Source: Lytechinus pictus (Eukaryota). Taken from it: 64,000 nucleotides of DNA. Below, piece after piece: positions 49,984 to 62,007 of the stretch (position 1 is its first letter; each line of letters begins with the position of its first letter). The notes beneath the pieces were generated by a model. It saw only the letters and a list, made by a program, of their open reading frames with translations. It was not told where the DNA came from and did not search any database. The DNA lies in contig NC_087247.1 of the NCBI RefSeq assembly GCF_037042905.1, positions 44,516,001-44,580,000 of the forward strand. Direction: 5' to 3'. The translations under genes were made by a program, and so were the position numbers.

Positions 49984-51536
49984 AACAAGAACGAATTAAT
50001 TCAAATGATTGTGATGATAATAATAAAGGAGGGATTCTATCTGACGTGAGTTGACGTCAATGTGGTTTAGATTTAGGAAAAAAAAGAAGAAAATTAGCTA
50101 TTAATGAAATGTTTTGCGAAAATGCTCCTTACAATAACATGTTACATTCATTTTTATTTTTATATTAATTTGTGATGTCACTTGTGAGCTTGCTATCCCA
50201 CATGTCATGCGATATAAAGATAAAAATGCCATTTCCTCAGAAAATTTGAATAATCTACATAGTATATCGGATACTTAGATCAAGAACTTATGGTAAAGTG
50301 AATTTATGGAATTTCATATAAGGGGTTTGTTGCACGGAACGTAAAGTCACTAAACAAAAAAAATGTAAATTTGGTATTCTTTGTTCGACTCTGTTCAAAC
50401 TTTTTAAAATTTCTTCCTAATCTCTGCCTCTCTAAAATCTACTTGATTCATAAGGTGACCCCCCCCCCCCTCTTTTAGATGTAGACAGCTGCATGTATAC
50501 TTAAATATGGATCTATTTCCTATGTCATATTGTTTGGTGGTTCTATAGTTCAAACATCTTAAGCTGGTTATGTGTTTTAGATAAACATTTCGATTTATTT
50601 CAAAAGTGATAAAAATGATGAAAAGGGATTTCAAACCTTATTCTTTCCTTTTTTCTTACAATAGAATATTGTGTGCTGAATGTAAATTAGGTCTCCTGTA
50701 ATATTTGTAATTGATATCATTTACCTTTCAGTAATTTGTAGGGCTGCAAATTTTGTACAAATCACTGACACAGGGCCAATGAAATTGAGATTTTAATTCA
50801 TTTCGTCCACTGGCTCGGATTATTGTAATATATAGGTCACCTATTAAACATGTCAAAAGTGGATGTTTTGAATCTCAATGCAATATTTTTAGAATGTTCT
50901 GCAAGGCATTAATAGAAGAAGGTAAAAAAAGGAATGAAAATGTCAAAAGGTCAAGTCAAATATGAAAAAAATTAAGGAAATTTATTAATATGTATCAATA
51001 AATAAATAGAGAACTAATCAACTGAATGTATTGATGACGAATTGTAGTAAAAAAAAAATGGAACTTTGACGGATGCAAATCCGTTACTATTATTTGACAA
51101 GCCTATATAGAGGCATGGATTAATAGAAGGTAATGCATGCCTGTCAAGGATCAGAGCTCTACACTGTGACAAGATAGGGGCGCTCTGGGGGGGGAGGCTA
51201 TGGATCCCCAAAACGTAATAGTAATAATGATGATGATTGTGATAATAGTAATGAATATATTAACAATAATTAAAAAATCTCAACCAAGACAAAAAGACAA
51301 TTAAATGTGATGAAATAAGATATCATGTAATGAATATTATGTGAAAATGTATCACGAACTTATATTTTTTATCAAAAAGGTCAAAACGTTTGCTCGATCG
51401 CTTCGCTCACTCGCTCGCAGCTTTGAATAAATTCTGCCCCATACGCCATTTCTGGCCCCCCTCAAAATGTGCTGGAGCTCTGTATCCACTTGATCTACAG
51501 GCAGATCTCAAACAAACACTTTGTCTACATTAAAGT

Positions 51537-51899
51537 TGGTATTTACTGTTTGGTCCAATCATCGTTTGGTCTTATGCTCACTTGGTCTAAATGTCATTAC
51601 ATCTTATGCCCAGATGGTCAAAATTCCACTTCTACTTTGCACTTTGTCAAATAAAAAATTAGTTAAAAAACAGCTGATCTAATCATAATAGACAAGTGAT
51701 GTTAGACCAAGTGCATATTATATGAAATTTGTAGCATATCATATAGACGTCCCATATAGACTAGCTACGTGAAAATTAGACAAAGTGGTAAATCGATAGA
51801 CCAAATGGTAAGTAGACCAACTGGCTGCAGACGAACTAGAATCATACCATGTTGGATGAGACTATAGACCAAGTGACACTTGACCGGTCGGGATATACC
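51537..51899. mobile_element. Degenerate GACCAA-type foldback element
   Basis: ttggtc units (about 51550-51600) face tagaccaa/agacgaa units (about 51690-51890). It ends ggatatacc. Confidence 0.5.
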
Positions 51900-52983
51900 G
51901 CCCTGGCCCCCGAGTCTTATACAGCATCGGTTTATCAGATGTGCTTGTATATAACTGTATCTTATCCTAGCTGCGCCGCCAGGGTCTCGCATAACCCTTC
52001 ACTGCGAGTTTCCAACCATAACTTTCTTCAGGCTTCACTTATCGTATGAAGTCGTTCTCTGACTGGTATGCACATTGAGTGAATGTCTGAGGATTTGGTT
52101 TGTATTCCCAGTAGATAGGTCTTGAGTGTCGGTCTTGAACTCTTTAACCATAGGGTAGAATGAGAGAGAGAGGTGTGTGTCGGATTATCATATCTCTCTG
52201 AACATTGCTTGTCAAGTGCCATCGGGTCTAAATCGGGGGTGGAGTCAGGTAAGGGCTAGACGAGTGGGGGCATTAGAGCCCCTTTCCCTCCCTCTTGTAA
52301 AAAAATATGTTGAGGACCTCAAAGAAAGTCCCCCCCCCCCCCCTCACCTGGAAGCGTTATAACTTTCTTTTTTTCAATTGATCTCGTGTCATAATTTCTT
52401 TCAGAAATAAGTTCCAGATCATCCCTGACCAATAAGTTATATATGATTATTACTACATTTCTGAGGTGAAGTCTTATCCAAGCACACTGCTATGCTTAAC
52501 AGCAAATACGGGTTTGAAATCCATAAAACTATATTGTTTATACCACATGAACAAGAATAAGAGGGGGCGAGGTTATGCTGTGTATCGCTAACTAATTTCA
52601 TGTCATAAGTGAATTTGAATTTCAAATAGAATGAATCTCATTTAGTGCTAGAAAGTCGAAAGTAACAATAGTTCAAAAATAGACAGTATGAAAGTAAAGT
52701 TCTCAAGCTGTTCTCTTTGTTTTTTTTTAACAGATTTATTGAGATTCTAAAAATATTAACAATGCAAGAGACAAACCACTTCCCAAAATAGTGATGAAAT
52801 GCCAAAATAAACTGAAATCTTACAAAACTTTAAATGCAATAGACATAAAAAGCACTGTGGTAAAACTTGAAGCACTGTACTGTATGGGTATGTTATTGGT
52901 AACTGTACTCCCGAGCATTGTACCACGTTTCCTGTAAGGTACTTAAATCCATTTAGGTCATAAGCCAGGTGAAGTTCGCAAAG

Positions 52984-52990
52984 TATAAAT
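52984..52990 (+). promoter_or_regulatory. Candidate TATA box upstream of mir-10
   Basis: TATAAAT at the start of a CpG-richer island about 520 bp upstream of the hairpin. It is preceded by AGGTCA/AGGTGA half-sites (52955-52972) and followed by AACATGGC (YY1-like). Confidence 0.3.
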
Positions 52991-53498
52991 CCCGCGCAAA
53001 CATGGCAAATATGACCGTGAAGTGAAGAGAGGTGCAAAAATTGAAAGGTGAATACTGCAGGCTGACGAACACTATACCAACGCCTTGTTGGACAAGCTCT
53101 CTACAACTGAAAACAACACAAGCAGAGAGTATGATTACCAAGGGGGGATTCGAGGGGAGGCTGGAATTTGTTCTCCTCCTGCCTCAAGCCGACCCGCGAG
53201 ATTTAAGAAGATCGGAGAGGTCAGCTTAAACTTTTCTTAAGATCTCGTCTTTAAGCGGTGTCGTCTGCACAGCCAACATTCCCCATAGCAAGTCATGCAG
53301 CGCGCTCCGGTCCAGTTTAGTCCTACACTTTCTCTGTGTGCTGCCGTCGTACTTGCGTGCGCGCCTGATGGTGCATCGAACGCAGACATCAGCTGTTTGG
53401 AGGATTGCTCAGGAAAAGTGGCATGGAACCGGCCCTCCTTGAAAATTTTCCTTGGCAAATATTTCGGTCTTCAAAACATGGATTCGACTAAATAATTT

Positions 53499-53594
53499 CT
53501 TGGGCTTACATCAACCCTGTAGATCCGAATTTGTGTCCGAGTTTCTCGCCTCTGGAAGTCACAGATTCGGGTCTCTGGGTAACTGTATCCCAGG
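53499..53594 (+). ncRNA. mir-10: microRNA mir-10 precursor; mature 5p AACCCUGUAGAUCCGAAUUUGUG at 53513-53535, star arm at about 53560-53582
   Basis: Positions 2-23 are identical to the canonical miR-10 sequence ACCCUGUAGAUCCGAAUUUGUG. The 5p arm pairs with cacagattcgggtctctgggtaa, whose ACAGAUUCG start matches vertebrate miR-10b-3p. The lower stem is tggg..taca / tgta.ccca. There is an apical UGU motif and a CNNC motif (CAAC 53600-53603) about 17 nt downstream of the 3p end. Confidence 0.97.
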
Positions 53595-56500
53595 GTTAAC
53601 AACGGCAGACTAACGATGCTCACAATGCCTACGGGAGACCTACACCCATTTTCCTGGTCATGCTGGTGGCAGCCATCTTGGAATTATTTTCTCCTTCCAT
53701 ATTTTACCATCATCTCAATTGTGTAAGTCCACTCATTCAGCTTGAATATCAAATATTTTATTTGAAAGAAAGTTCAAGCAAGTAGAAAATATGATTTGGT
53801 TCTTTAAGGTAAAAATATTTCATATTTTATTGTATGATAATAAAAATTAAATATTGGATGTTATAATCTGGCTGTCACTTGACGAATTAACGATTAGTCT
53901 ATGCTGTTTATTACAATCATATATTAATTTCAAGTTTTCCATTACCCATTGCTGTGTATTATTTTTTAAAGATTCTGTGACCAAGATATCTGGTATTGTT
54001 GTTTAGCGTAAGCTTGTTCATTCGCGGAAATATCATAATCTACTCTATCCATTTCAATGCATTATTAACACACTATATTTCGTTGGTTCATATTTGTTTC
54101 ACATTCTATGCCTTGCCAAGATCATTGTTCTGTGAGCTCCTGCTCGTTGTGCTCACATACTTATTTTAATGTGGCGTTTAATGCATTATCAATACTGATG
54201 TGATGCATGGAGATGGATCACTAATTTACATGCATTTGCCCCCGCCCCCCGTACTGAAAAAAAATATATTCATCAAGTCTTTTAATTTCATTTAAATCTA
54301 AATGTAATACAAAGTCATATAATTGAAATATAAATAAACTGATGAACATTAGGTTGCCAATATTGAAAGAGAATGAAAGGGCACGCTTTATTATATTCGC
54401 ACATGCATTATTAAACGGAATTATCACATGAAAAGTGCTTTCCGGTTATCCAAAGCGGAATAAAGATATATTTCATTTTATTCGTTATGAATGTGAAATG
54501 CAACCCCGAAATAAAGCAATCAATAGCTTTGACAGAACGCAAATAAAACACGGTTTTCTTCTCAAATATTTGTCCGAAGTCAAATATGTGCATCGCCCGG
54601 CATAATGGGTACGCTAGAACTACATTCTAGGAGTGAAACCGTTAAGATATGCTTGGATCAAGCATATTTGAAGCATGATTCATTATGGCATAGCCTACGT
54701 ATGCCATATTGGGGTTTAACAGTATGTAGAATAAATCCTGCATTCGTTACTTTCTTCATTATATTATGTTTATAGGATATTATCGTGCATTATCTTTCTG
54801 TTTATTATTGAGCTAACTATCCACAATATATTTGAAGGACATGTGCAATTTTGTTTTAATACTTTTGCAGTAATACTCGCACACAACACAAACTGTATTC
54901 TGCATGGCTTTGAGAAGATGAATAGTAATTTCGAAATGCACATTCGTTTTACAAATTCTTAGAATATCCTTTAAGTACGGTCATCATCGTTTCAATTCCT
55001 TTATTGTACTATGATATTCATTTTTCCAACCAATTTGATATGCAGTTTTCTTCATTGAATTACTGATCTTATAGGAAAAAAATGTTGATGAACATACTTC
55101 TCGATTGATTTCTTTGAAGCCATCTAAAGTATTGGTAAATGCTCAATAATGTAAATTATAGGCAGTATCGCAATCCCATAAAGGTGTAGTGGCTGGGAAT
55201 TTATTTTTCATCCGTTGATTGTTTTCAGAAAATTGAATTTTGTATTTTAATATCCAGTGCCCTCTCTCGGTAATGTATTTTTGCATTATTTTCAACAAAG
55301 GACCCTCTAAAAAACTTATCTTACAAATTAAGTGATTGGGCTTCAGAAAGCTTTATATCTGACAAATATTTTATCCTAAACTTTTTAGCTGAATATCAAT
55401 ATCAAAGGAAGCAATATTTTCATATTGGTTAGCATTCAAACCAAATAAATGTCCTATAGAGCCACTAAAATAATTACAGTTTACGGATATTCACTTAAAA
55501 ACATAAACTGAAACAGCGACATATTTTTTGGCCGGGGATTCACCAAAACTGAAGGATATAAAAAAAGATAGCATTACCCTTCAACTTCCGTGAAATTAAT
55601 ATGTTTTTATACATTGATATCTCGGTCTATTTGACAATGAACGAAGGCTCAGTTCTTGACGGATGAATAATACAATGCTTAATAAAAAAATTGACATATT
55701 TTCATGAATTCGTGTAAATGCTGGTACAATATGAAGATTAATCTGTGAAAGACGAAAGGATTATAAAAGTCTCTGCAATTATTTAGCAACATTTTTAAAG
55801 TCAGAAAAATAGTCTAAACATATAAGTTCATCTTTACCAAACTTTATATAAATGTTTTAATCATCAGAAATACTTTTTTAATTCATGAATTTTTAAGTAT
55901 TGATCACAATGATATGCACTGAAAACAAAATAATTACACTTTTATTTCAAGATTAAATAATATTTACAAAAAGCACGACGATAACTGTAATAATAATCGG
56001 TCTACTTAAACATATTCTTTATGGCTGTAGAAAGAGGACTAAACTGAAGCAATTTTTTATGAAATGTGATCATTAACATTGCAATAAATCTAGAAAGAAA
56101 GGACAACGGTTTACAAAAGAGTATAAACGCATCTGAGTCTATCAATAAAGCAGGCCTACATAGTTAACATAGGCCTATGTTGTGTAAAGAAAATGTTTAC
56201 TTGCGCCAAAATGCTATGCTTTACAACCGACGAATACAAATCTTTAAAGGTGTTTGGAATAACCAAAAGTTGAAGTGAAGGCCTAACTAATTAAGTTCCC
56301 ACTTTATGTTTTAAAGGGATTATTTAAACCAAAGAGATGTAATAATCATCACTAGTAATACAAGAACATGTATAAAGGTTAAAATGTTGTTTCGATAGCT
56401 CGAATATACATTATGAGTAAAGTTCAATCAAGAGTATCTCTTGTCTTTATGATAATAAACCACAACAGCGATATCCTACTCCTTTTTTTCTGGTTTCTCT

Positions 56501-58815
56501 TTTTTGTCTTCCCATGCGTCTCTTTTAAAATCCCAGTCATCGGATTTCCTTTCATATACCAAGAACTGTCTGTTGAATTTTGTCATGTTAAAACATATCG
56601 GTATATATGATTTTATAAGTCACATGTATACTATCATTCAAGTGTTTTAATTATTTCCTGTAGGCATGATAGGTGAATATGAATATATATAATTATTATG
56701 TCCAGTTCTAAAGTAATACACGAATCCATATAGGCCTCGCAAATGTCTCGAGAACAGAAGACCAAAGCTTGGGATTTTTATTCAAAGAAACCAATATTGC
56801 TTAGGCTATAAGGTCGATTCACCTGTTCGTTATTCGCGCCATAAGTGTCATCATAATCGAGGGAGGAATTAATTAATACACTATAGATTCGGAAGGAAAG
56901 AATTTACGTAGTTACTGATGTATTTTTTCTTTCTCTTATAAAATTGTATCTATAGTTCTGTATCAAAAAATCAAGCAATCATAATCGATCAAACAATACG
57001 GCTTGTTCGTGCAATTATCAGTCTGTCCAGATCTACACATGATTACAGTCCAAGAATGAACCGACCTATATTCGATACCAACAGACACTGCTTGGTCAAG
57101 GGGAGCTCATTATGTGCGTTCACCTCCCGTGTAAACCATGAGTAAGGTGACCGCTGGAGATGCGCACGCATCTTCACCATGTTCACGTGATGACCTTGCG
57201 ATGTCGCATCTTGCCCAAATCTCACTTGCAGTCACATCTCGTGCGAATATCGTAAGCCTTGCCCATGTTGTACAAAGTGTCGATAATGCAAATTATTCGT
57301 TATTTCCTCATTTTAATCGGTTATGGATGTATTTCTATGCCCTAGAATTATTTTCAATACTACTTAAATTATATAATTTTTAATCGTAATTTGTTTCTTT
57401 CGTATCACGGCAGTTTCATTACTTGCAAGGCGTATATGTTGCCTAAAATATTTGCAATATGATGTCGTCACCCTCGACCCTTGCTATCACAATTCATCTG
57501 ACGCGCATGGTGTATAGAGAGTAAATTTCGTTAGTACTCTGTTAATGATTGGGTTTCGTTGTTGTGAAAGAATGAAGGATTGATGTGTAGAAGAAAATTA
57601 AGTACATTATTATTCAGAAGTTGTAGACGAAAACTTGTATAAGATTATACTTCTCCACAGAATAGTCACCATGAAAAACTGCATTTACCATAGGAACTGA
57701 TCAGGTATTGTTCGAACTTTAAACATAATGTTAACGATTTACATTTACACTGCTCAATTTGCAAAAAGAAATGTATCAATTTTACTGCTTAGCTTTTTAA
57801 AACATTATGTTTAAACTATCTTTACATACTTAAAGAACAGCAGTAAGTTCATAATTATAGTAAAACGGGTTCATTAAACTTATCAATAATGATTAACTTA
57901 CTTTTTAAATTGCACACACATGGTATTTGTGTGTACAACAAACTTGCATTGCAACAGACAAATTGCAGATCTACAATATTTTATCTGTATTGTAATGCAT
58001 CAGGTTGTATTATGAGGAACAAACAAGCACAAATGCAAAATGATAAACCACCTCCAAACAAATTAATAAATAAATGAGTACAAATCACATTGAAAAAGTA
58101 ATATTGCTAACAACCACAATAAAAACTTTGGCGACGTGGCCTACGTGTATATTTTTTTCATTTGGATTTCTGGCAAGGGAATACTATATCATAAAATTAT
58201 ATATCAGCGGCATTTTTGCTTTCTCAGCGAGATTTTTTAAATTATATATTTCATTTTTCATTTAAACCAAGTTGTACATTGTGTGACTTTCGTTTTGATT
58301 TTCAAAGAGTTCCTCTCATCATAGCTATTATCAAAGTTTAATGATGCGCTTATAAACTGCATTCCATAAAATGATCATTGTCTGTTTACTTACCCCATAT
58401 CACGACTATACATAAAGTAAATATCATTCGTTTTATGATTTAAAACATTACGACTGAACTTGGAATATCACGATTGTTTCAGGGGTTTATGGAAACGAAA
58501 AGGGGAGGATTGTTTGAGTTGAGATTACAGCCTATAATAAATTACTTTTATCAATATCATCTTTCCTGTATGTTACATACTTGAAATGAACTCTTTCGAT
58601 TGAAGCTGGCGTTGGTTTGGTGTTTAATGATTAACTTTGTTAGCATAGTAAGTGTGATAAATGTGTTGCAACTGCATGCCTAATATTGCTTTATGATAAT
58701 GTTTATTACCAGGAAAACCGCTCATTTCTCTTCTCCCTTATGATAGTTGAGGTAATTACATAAAGTTTTCAAGAAGAAAATGTATATATGGGAATAGAAC
58801 AATATTAACACTTAA

Positions 58816-59110
58816 AGGGGAAGTTCACCCTGATGAATGTTTATCGTAAAAATAGAACAACAAAAATATTGGTGAAGATTTGAGGAAATTCTAAAGATTT
58901 AGAAGGTTATTATAATTGTAATATTTGTATTTGTGACGTCATATGCGAGCAGCTTACCATGAATCGAGAATTAAAAATATCAGTGAATAGTCATTTTCTC
59001 AAAAAGTTGAAAATGGGTTTTATTGTACCTTTAATACATCAACGTACAAATTATTTCACACCCGCCCCCTAAAATAAGAAAATTTTCAGTCATCAAGAAC
59101 CATAAAAGAC
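58816..59110. mobile_element. Partial Kolobok-type MITE (left end only)
   Basis: TTAA|aggggaagttcaccctga, followed by ggtgaagatttgaggaaa and gtgacgtcatatgcgagc. No matching right TIR was found. Confidence 0.55.
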
Positions 59111-60139
59111 AATTATTCTCTTGTATTTGCCTGTCTCAACAGAGTAATTATGCTAAAGACTCAGAAATGGGCAATCCTTTCGATTGTTTTATCTATTCAA
59201 CATATTTGCAATTCATTTTGTTTATTTAAGCTGATGCCATCTATGTTATTAATTTATGTTACATATATTTATGTATTGTGTTTTTTAATAATCGGAAAAT
59301 AAATAAACAAACAAACAAGCGAACCCTCCCTCTCTCACTTTTACCCTTCTATGTCTCTCCTTGTTTCCCCAATTGTCTCTCTTCTCCCCCTATCTCTATT
59401 TCTCTCGCTCTCTCTCTCATATTCACACTCTCTCTCACTCTTATTTACGTTATTTCTCGTCTTTATTTTCATCCCTTGTTTTTTCTTAATAACTCCGTTT
59501 CATTTTTTGATCTCTATTATGTCCTTTGATCATTGTGAAATATTGAAATATAGAGAACATTCAATGATTCTTCTCGTATAATCCAAAACATGATGTAAAC
59601 GCTGTTACTGAAACTTATTATTGTTCATTCAAGATATTATGTATATGATCATATCAACAAGGAACTATTTTATATTTCATTTAATAAAACACAGAAAATA
59701 GTGAGTATTTGACATTATCCACTTCTATTTTTCGACGTATTCTTCTCCTTAACGTTTTCTTTGCACAATTCTACATTTCTAATTATCTATTTCAAATTCC
59801 AGCGAGACAAGGGTCAACCAAAAGCATTTTGGTAGGTTTGGCGCCACTAATTTCGCAACTAGAGCTTTGTTTTGTTTTATTTCTTACGAGTGCTGGATGG
59901 GCTATTGAAGTTAATATTTGAAAGATGAAAGGTACAACAGCAGAAAGTGGCATGTGAGTGTACCAGGCATGAAGGAGTAAAGGGGAGGGCAATAATTCGT
60001 ATAGGTTCTTTTGAGATTGTCTTTCTTCAGATTGTTGCTATGACTGGTCTTTCGCGGAAACAATGCCTGATTTTAGATGAAGTTATTCACGTAGTTTCCC
60101 TAGCAGGTCAGAATTCTCATCAGCATCGACAGGAGATCA

Positions 60140-60300
60140 AATAATATTAATAACAAAACATAGGGTTTATATAGCGTCTTTCCCATTTTGATTAAATGCT
60201 CAGGGCGCTTAGAAAAGAGAAGAAAAAAAAGTAAAGAGAACTTAGAGAAGTATAGATGTCTACATTACAAATGAGGAAGAAATGTCTGTCTTCAAACCTG
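60140..60300 (-). mobile_element. L2-type 3' tail remnant
   Basis: tttatatagcg...gctcagggcgct is the reverse complement of the L2 tail stem-loop. Upstream on the minus strand is ttgaagacagacatttc (LKT..., like the LKThLF terminus). Confidence 0.5.
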
Positions 60301-61425
60301 GTACCTGCTGGTGAACAAATGCAATTTTATGTTGCCCTTAAAGGATGTTGCCGAGTTTGAGTTTGAACATCATGCGAATATCCTATTCTCATGATGGGGA
60401 ACTTCGGCAGCATTTTAGTAAAATCAGAAAACAGCATTAAACAGCAAATCTCATCTTGATTCTTGTTCAAAAAATATTTTCCCATTCAAAAACGATAAAT
60501 ATGCAATTCATGAAAATAATTGAAAGTAGTTATACATTAGATGTACAGGCATATCATTTTATTGACCTTTTTAAACCAAATAAAAAGTATTGTAATGTAA
60601 AGAACAATCATTTTATATGCTCTCACATTTATTGTCTTGTATACTTAATATAATTTAACCACCCCCCCCCCCCCCCAAAAAAAAAGTCCTACTAAGTCAT
60701 GTGATATGGAAATCCTTTGCACTTCCCCAGTTTGAATAGCTGAAATAATGACTACATTCGATAGTATTTCAGACGGTATTTCACGAACTAGAATAGATAA
60801 AAGGTAAGAATCATTTGATCCATATGGACTTGTTCTCTGCAAAGCAACATTTGATAACCCCTTTGCCCCTTTCTTTATAGAGCAGCCCCTGCCCATTAAA
60901 ATAAGAAAAATAGTTCGTAAAACGCTGGTATCGCTGAATATATAGGGCAGAGATGGGATGGAGTGACAAGTGTTTATAAATATCCGCATCAAACTCGCAA
61001 ATATCCCATGGCAACAGCGATGTCTTGGCTCTGCTTATTATCGATGCCTTTTACATCTCATAAGAAATTATTACTTCAATTCAGCCTCAAGTTCGGAAAA
61101 TTTATTAAAGGTAGGTATTCTAGAGTCATTTCAATCACATTTTATATATGTATTTCTTAAAAAAAGATAAACATTCAATCTGTGATTAATTTCTATCTAT
61201 ATTTTTTTAAATATTGTCTGTTGTAAGAAATGTGCCATATGTATCTATTATTATATTGTAATCATTTTAAGAGAATGAAAATTGAATTACTGATACTGAT
61301 AAATCATTTTTGAATAATTTGTTGAAAAGGGAAGAATCAACTTTGTTGAAAAAAATAGCTTGGCTTAGGGAGGGGGTATGTCATTATCCGGCTATAAAAT
61401 AATTTTAAAAATCGAGAAATATTAA

Positions 61426-62007
61426 AGGTCAATTCACTCAAGAAAAATTTTGATTTTAACCAACATAGAAAAATAAAAAAAAACAAAATAACGCTGAAAA
61501 TGTTATCAAATTCAGTTGTAAAATAAGTAAGTTACGACATTTTAAAGGTTTGCTTATTTTTCACAAAATATTTTTATGCACAACTGAGTGATATGCAAAT
61601 GAGAGAGTTGATGATGTCCCTCACTATTTTTGTTTTTATTGTTTCAATTATCTAATATTTCATATTTTACAGATTTGAGAATAATGACCAACTTCACTGA
61701 ACCACAAAAGTATAAAAAAAAGGTAATGCCTCATGTTCAGAGAGGAATTAATCTTTGTTTATATATGACGATGAGGAGAAAATTGAAATTATTTCATATC
61801 TAATATAATGAAATACAAGAGAAATTGTGAGTGGGTGACATCATCAGCCCTCTCATTTGCATACCGGCCAGGATGTGCATATCACTGTTTTGTGAAATTA
61901 AACGAAACTTGAAAATGTCTTAACTTTCTTATTTCACCTCCGATTTTAATAAAATTTTCAGTGTTATGCTTGTTTAAATCAAACGTTCTCTTTGGGTGGA
62001 CTTGTCC
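61426..62007 (+). mobile_element. Kolobok-type MITE (copy 3, more diverged)
   Basis: TTAA|aggtcaattcactc ... gggtggacttgtcc|TTAA, collinear with 27184-27774. Confidence 0.85.

Noticed and set aside
52955-53065. DR5 retinoic acid response element upstream of mir-10
   Set aside because: The half-sites are spaced by 6 nt (AGGTCA-taagcc-AGGTGA) or are degenerate (AGGTGA-atactgc-AGGCTG). There is no canonical DR2 or DR5.
57138-57383. HFNR in the ORF (FPHFNRLW) as a Hox4 homeobox relic
   Set aside because: Only four residues match EFHFNRYL. The flanking residues and the WFQNRR helix are absent in all frames I could read.
60995-61015. tatcccatggc as a frameshifted YPWM hexapeptide
   Set aside because: Too short, it needs edits, and no donor site or Hox-like context follows.
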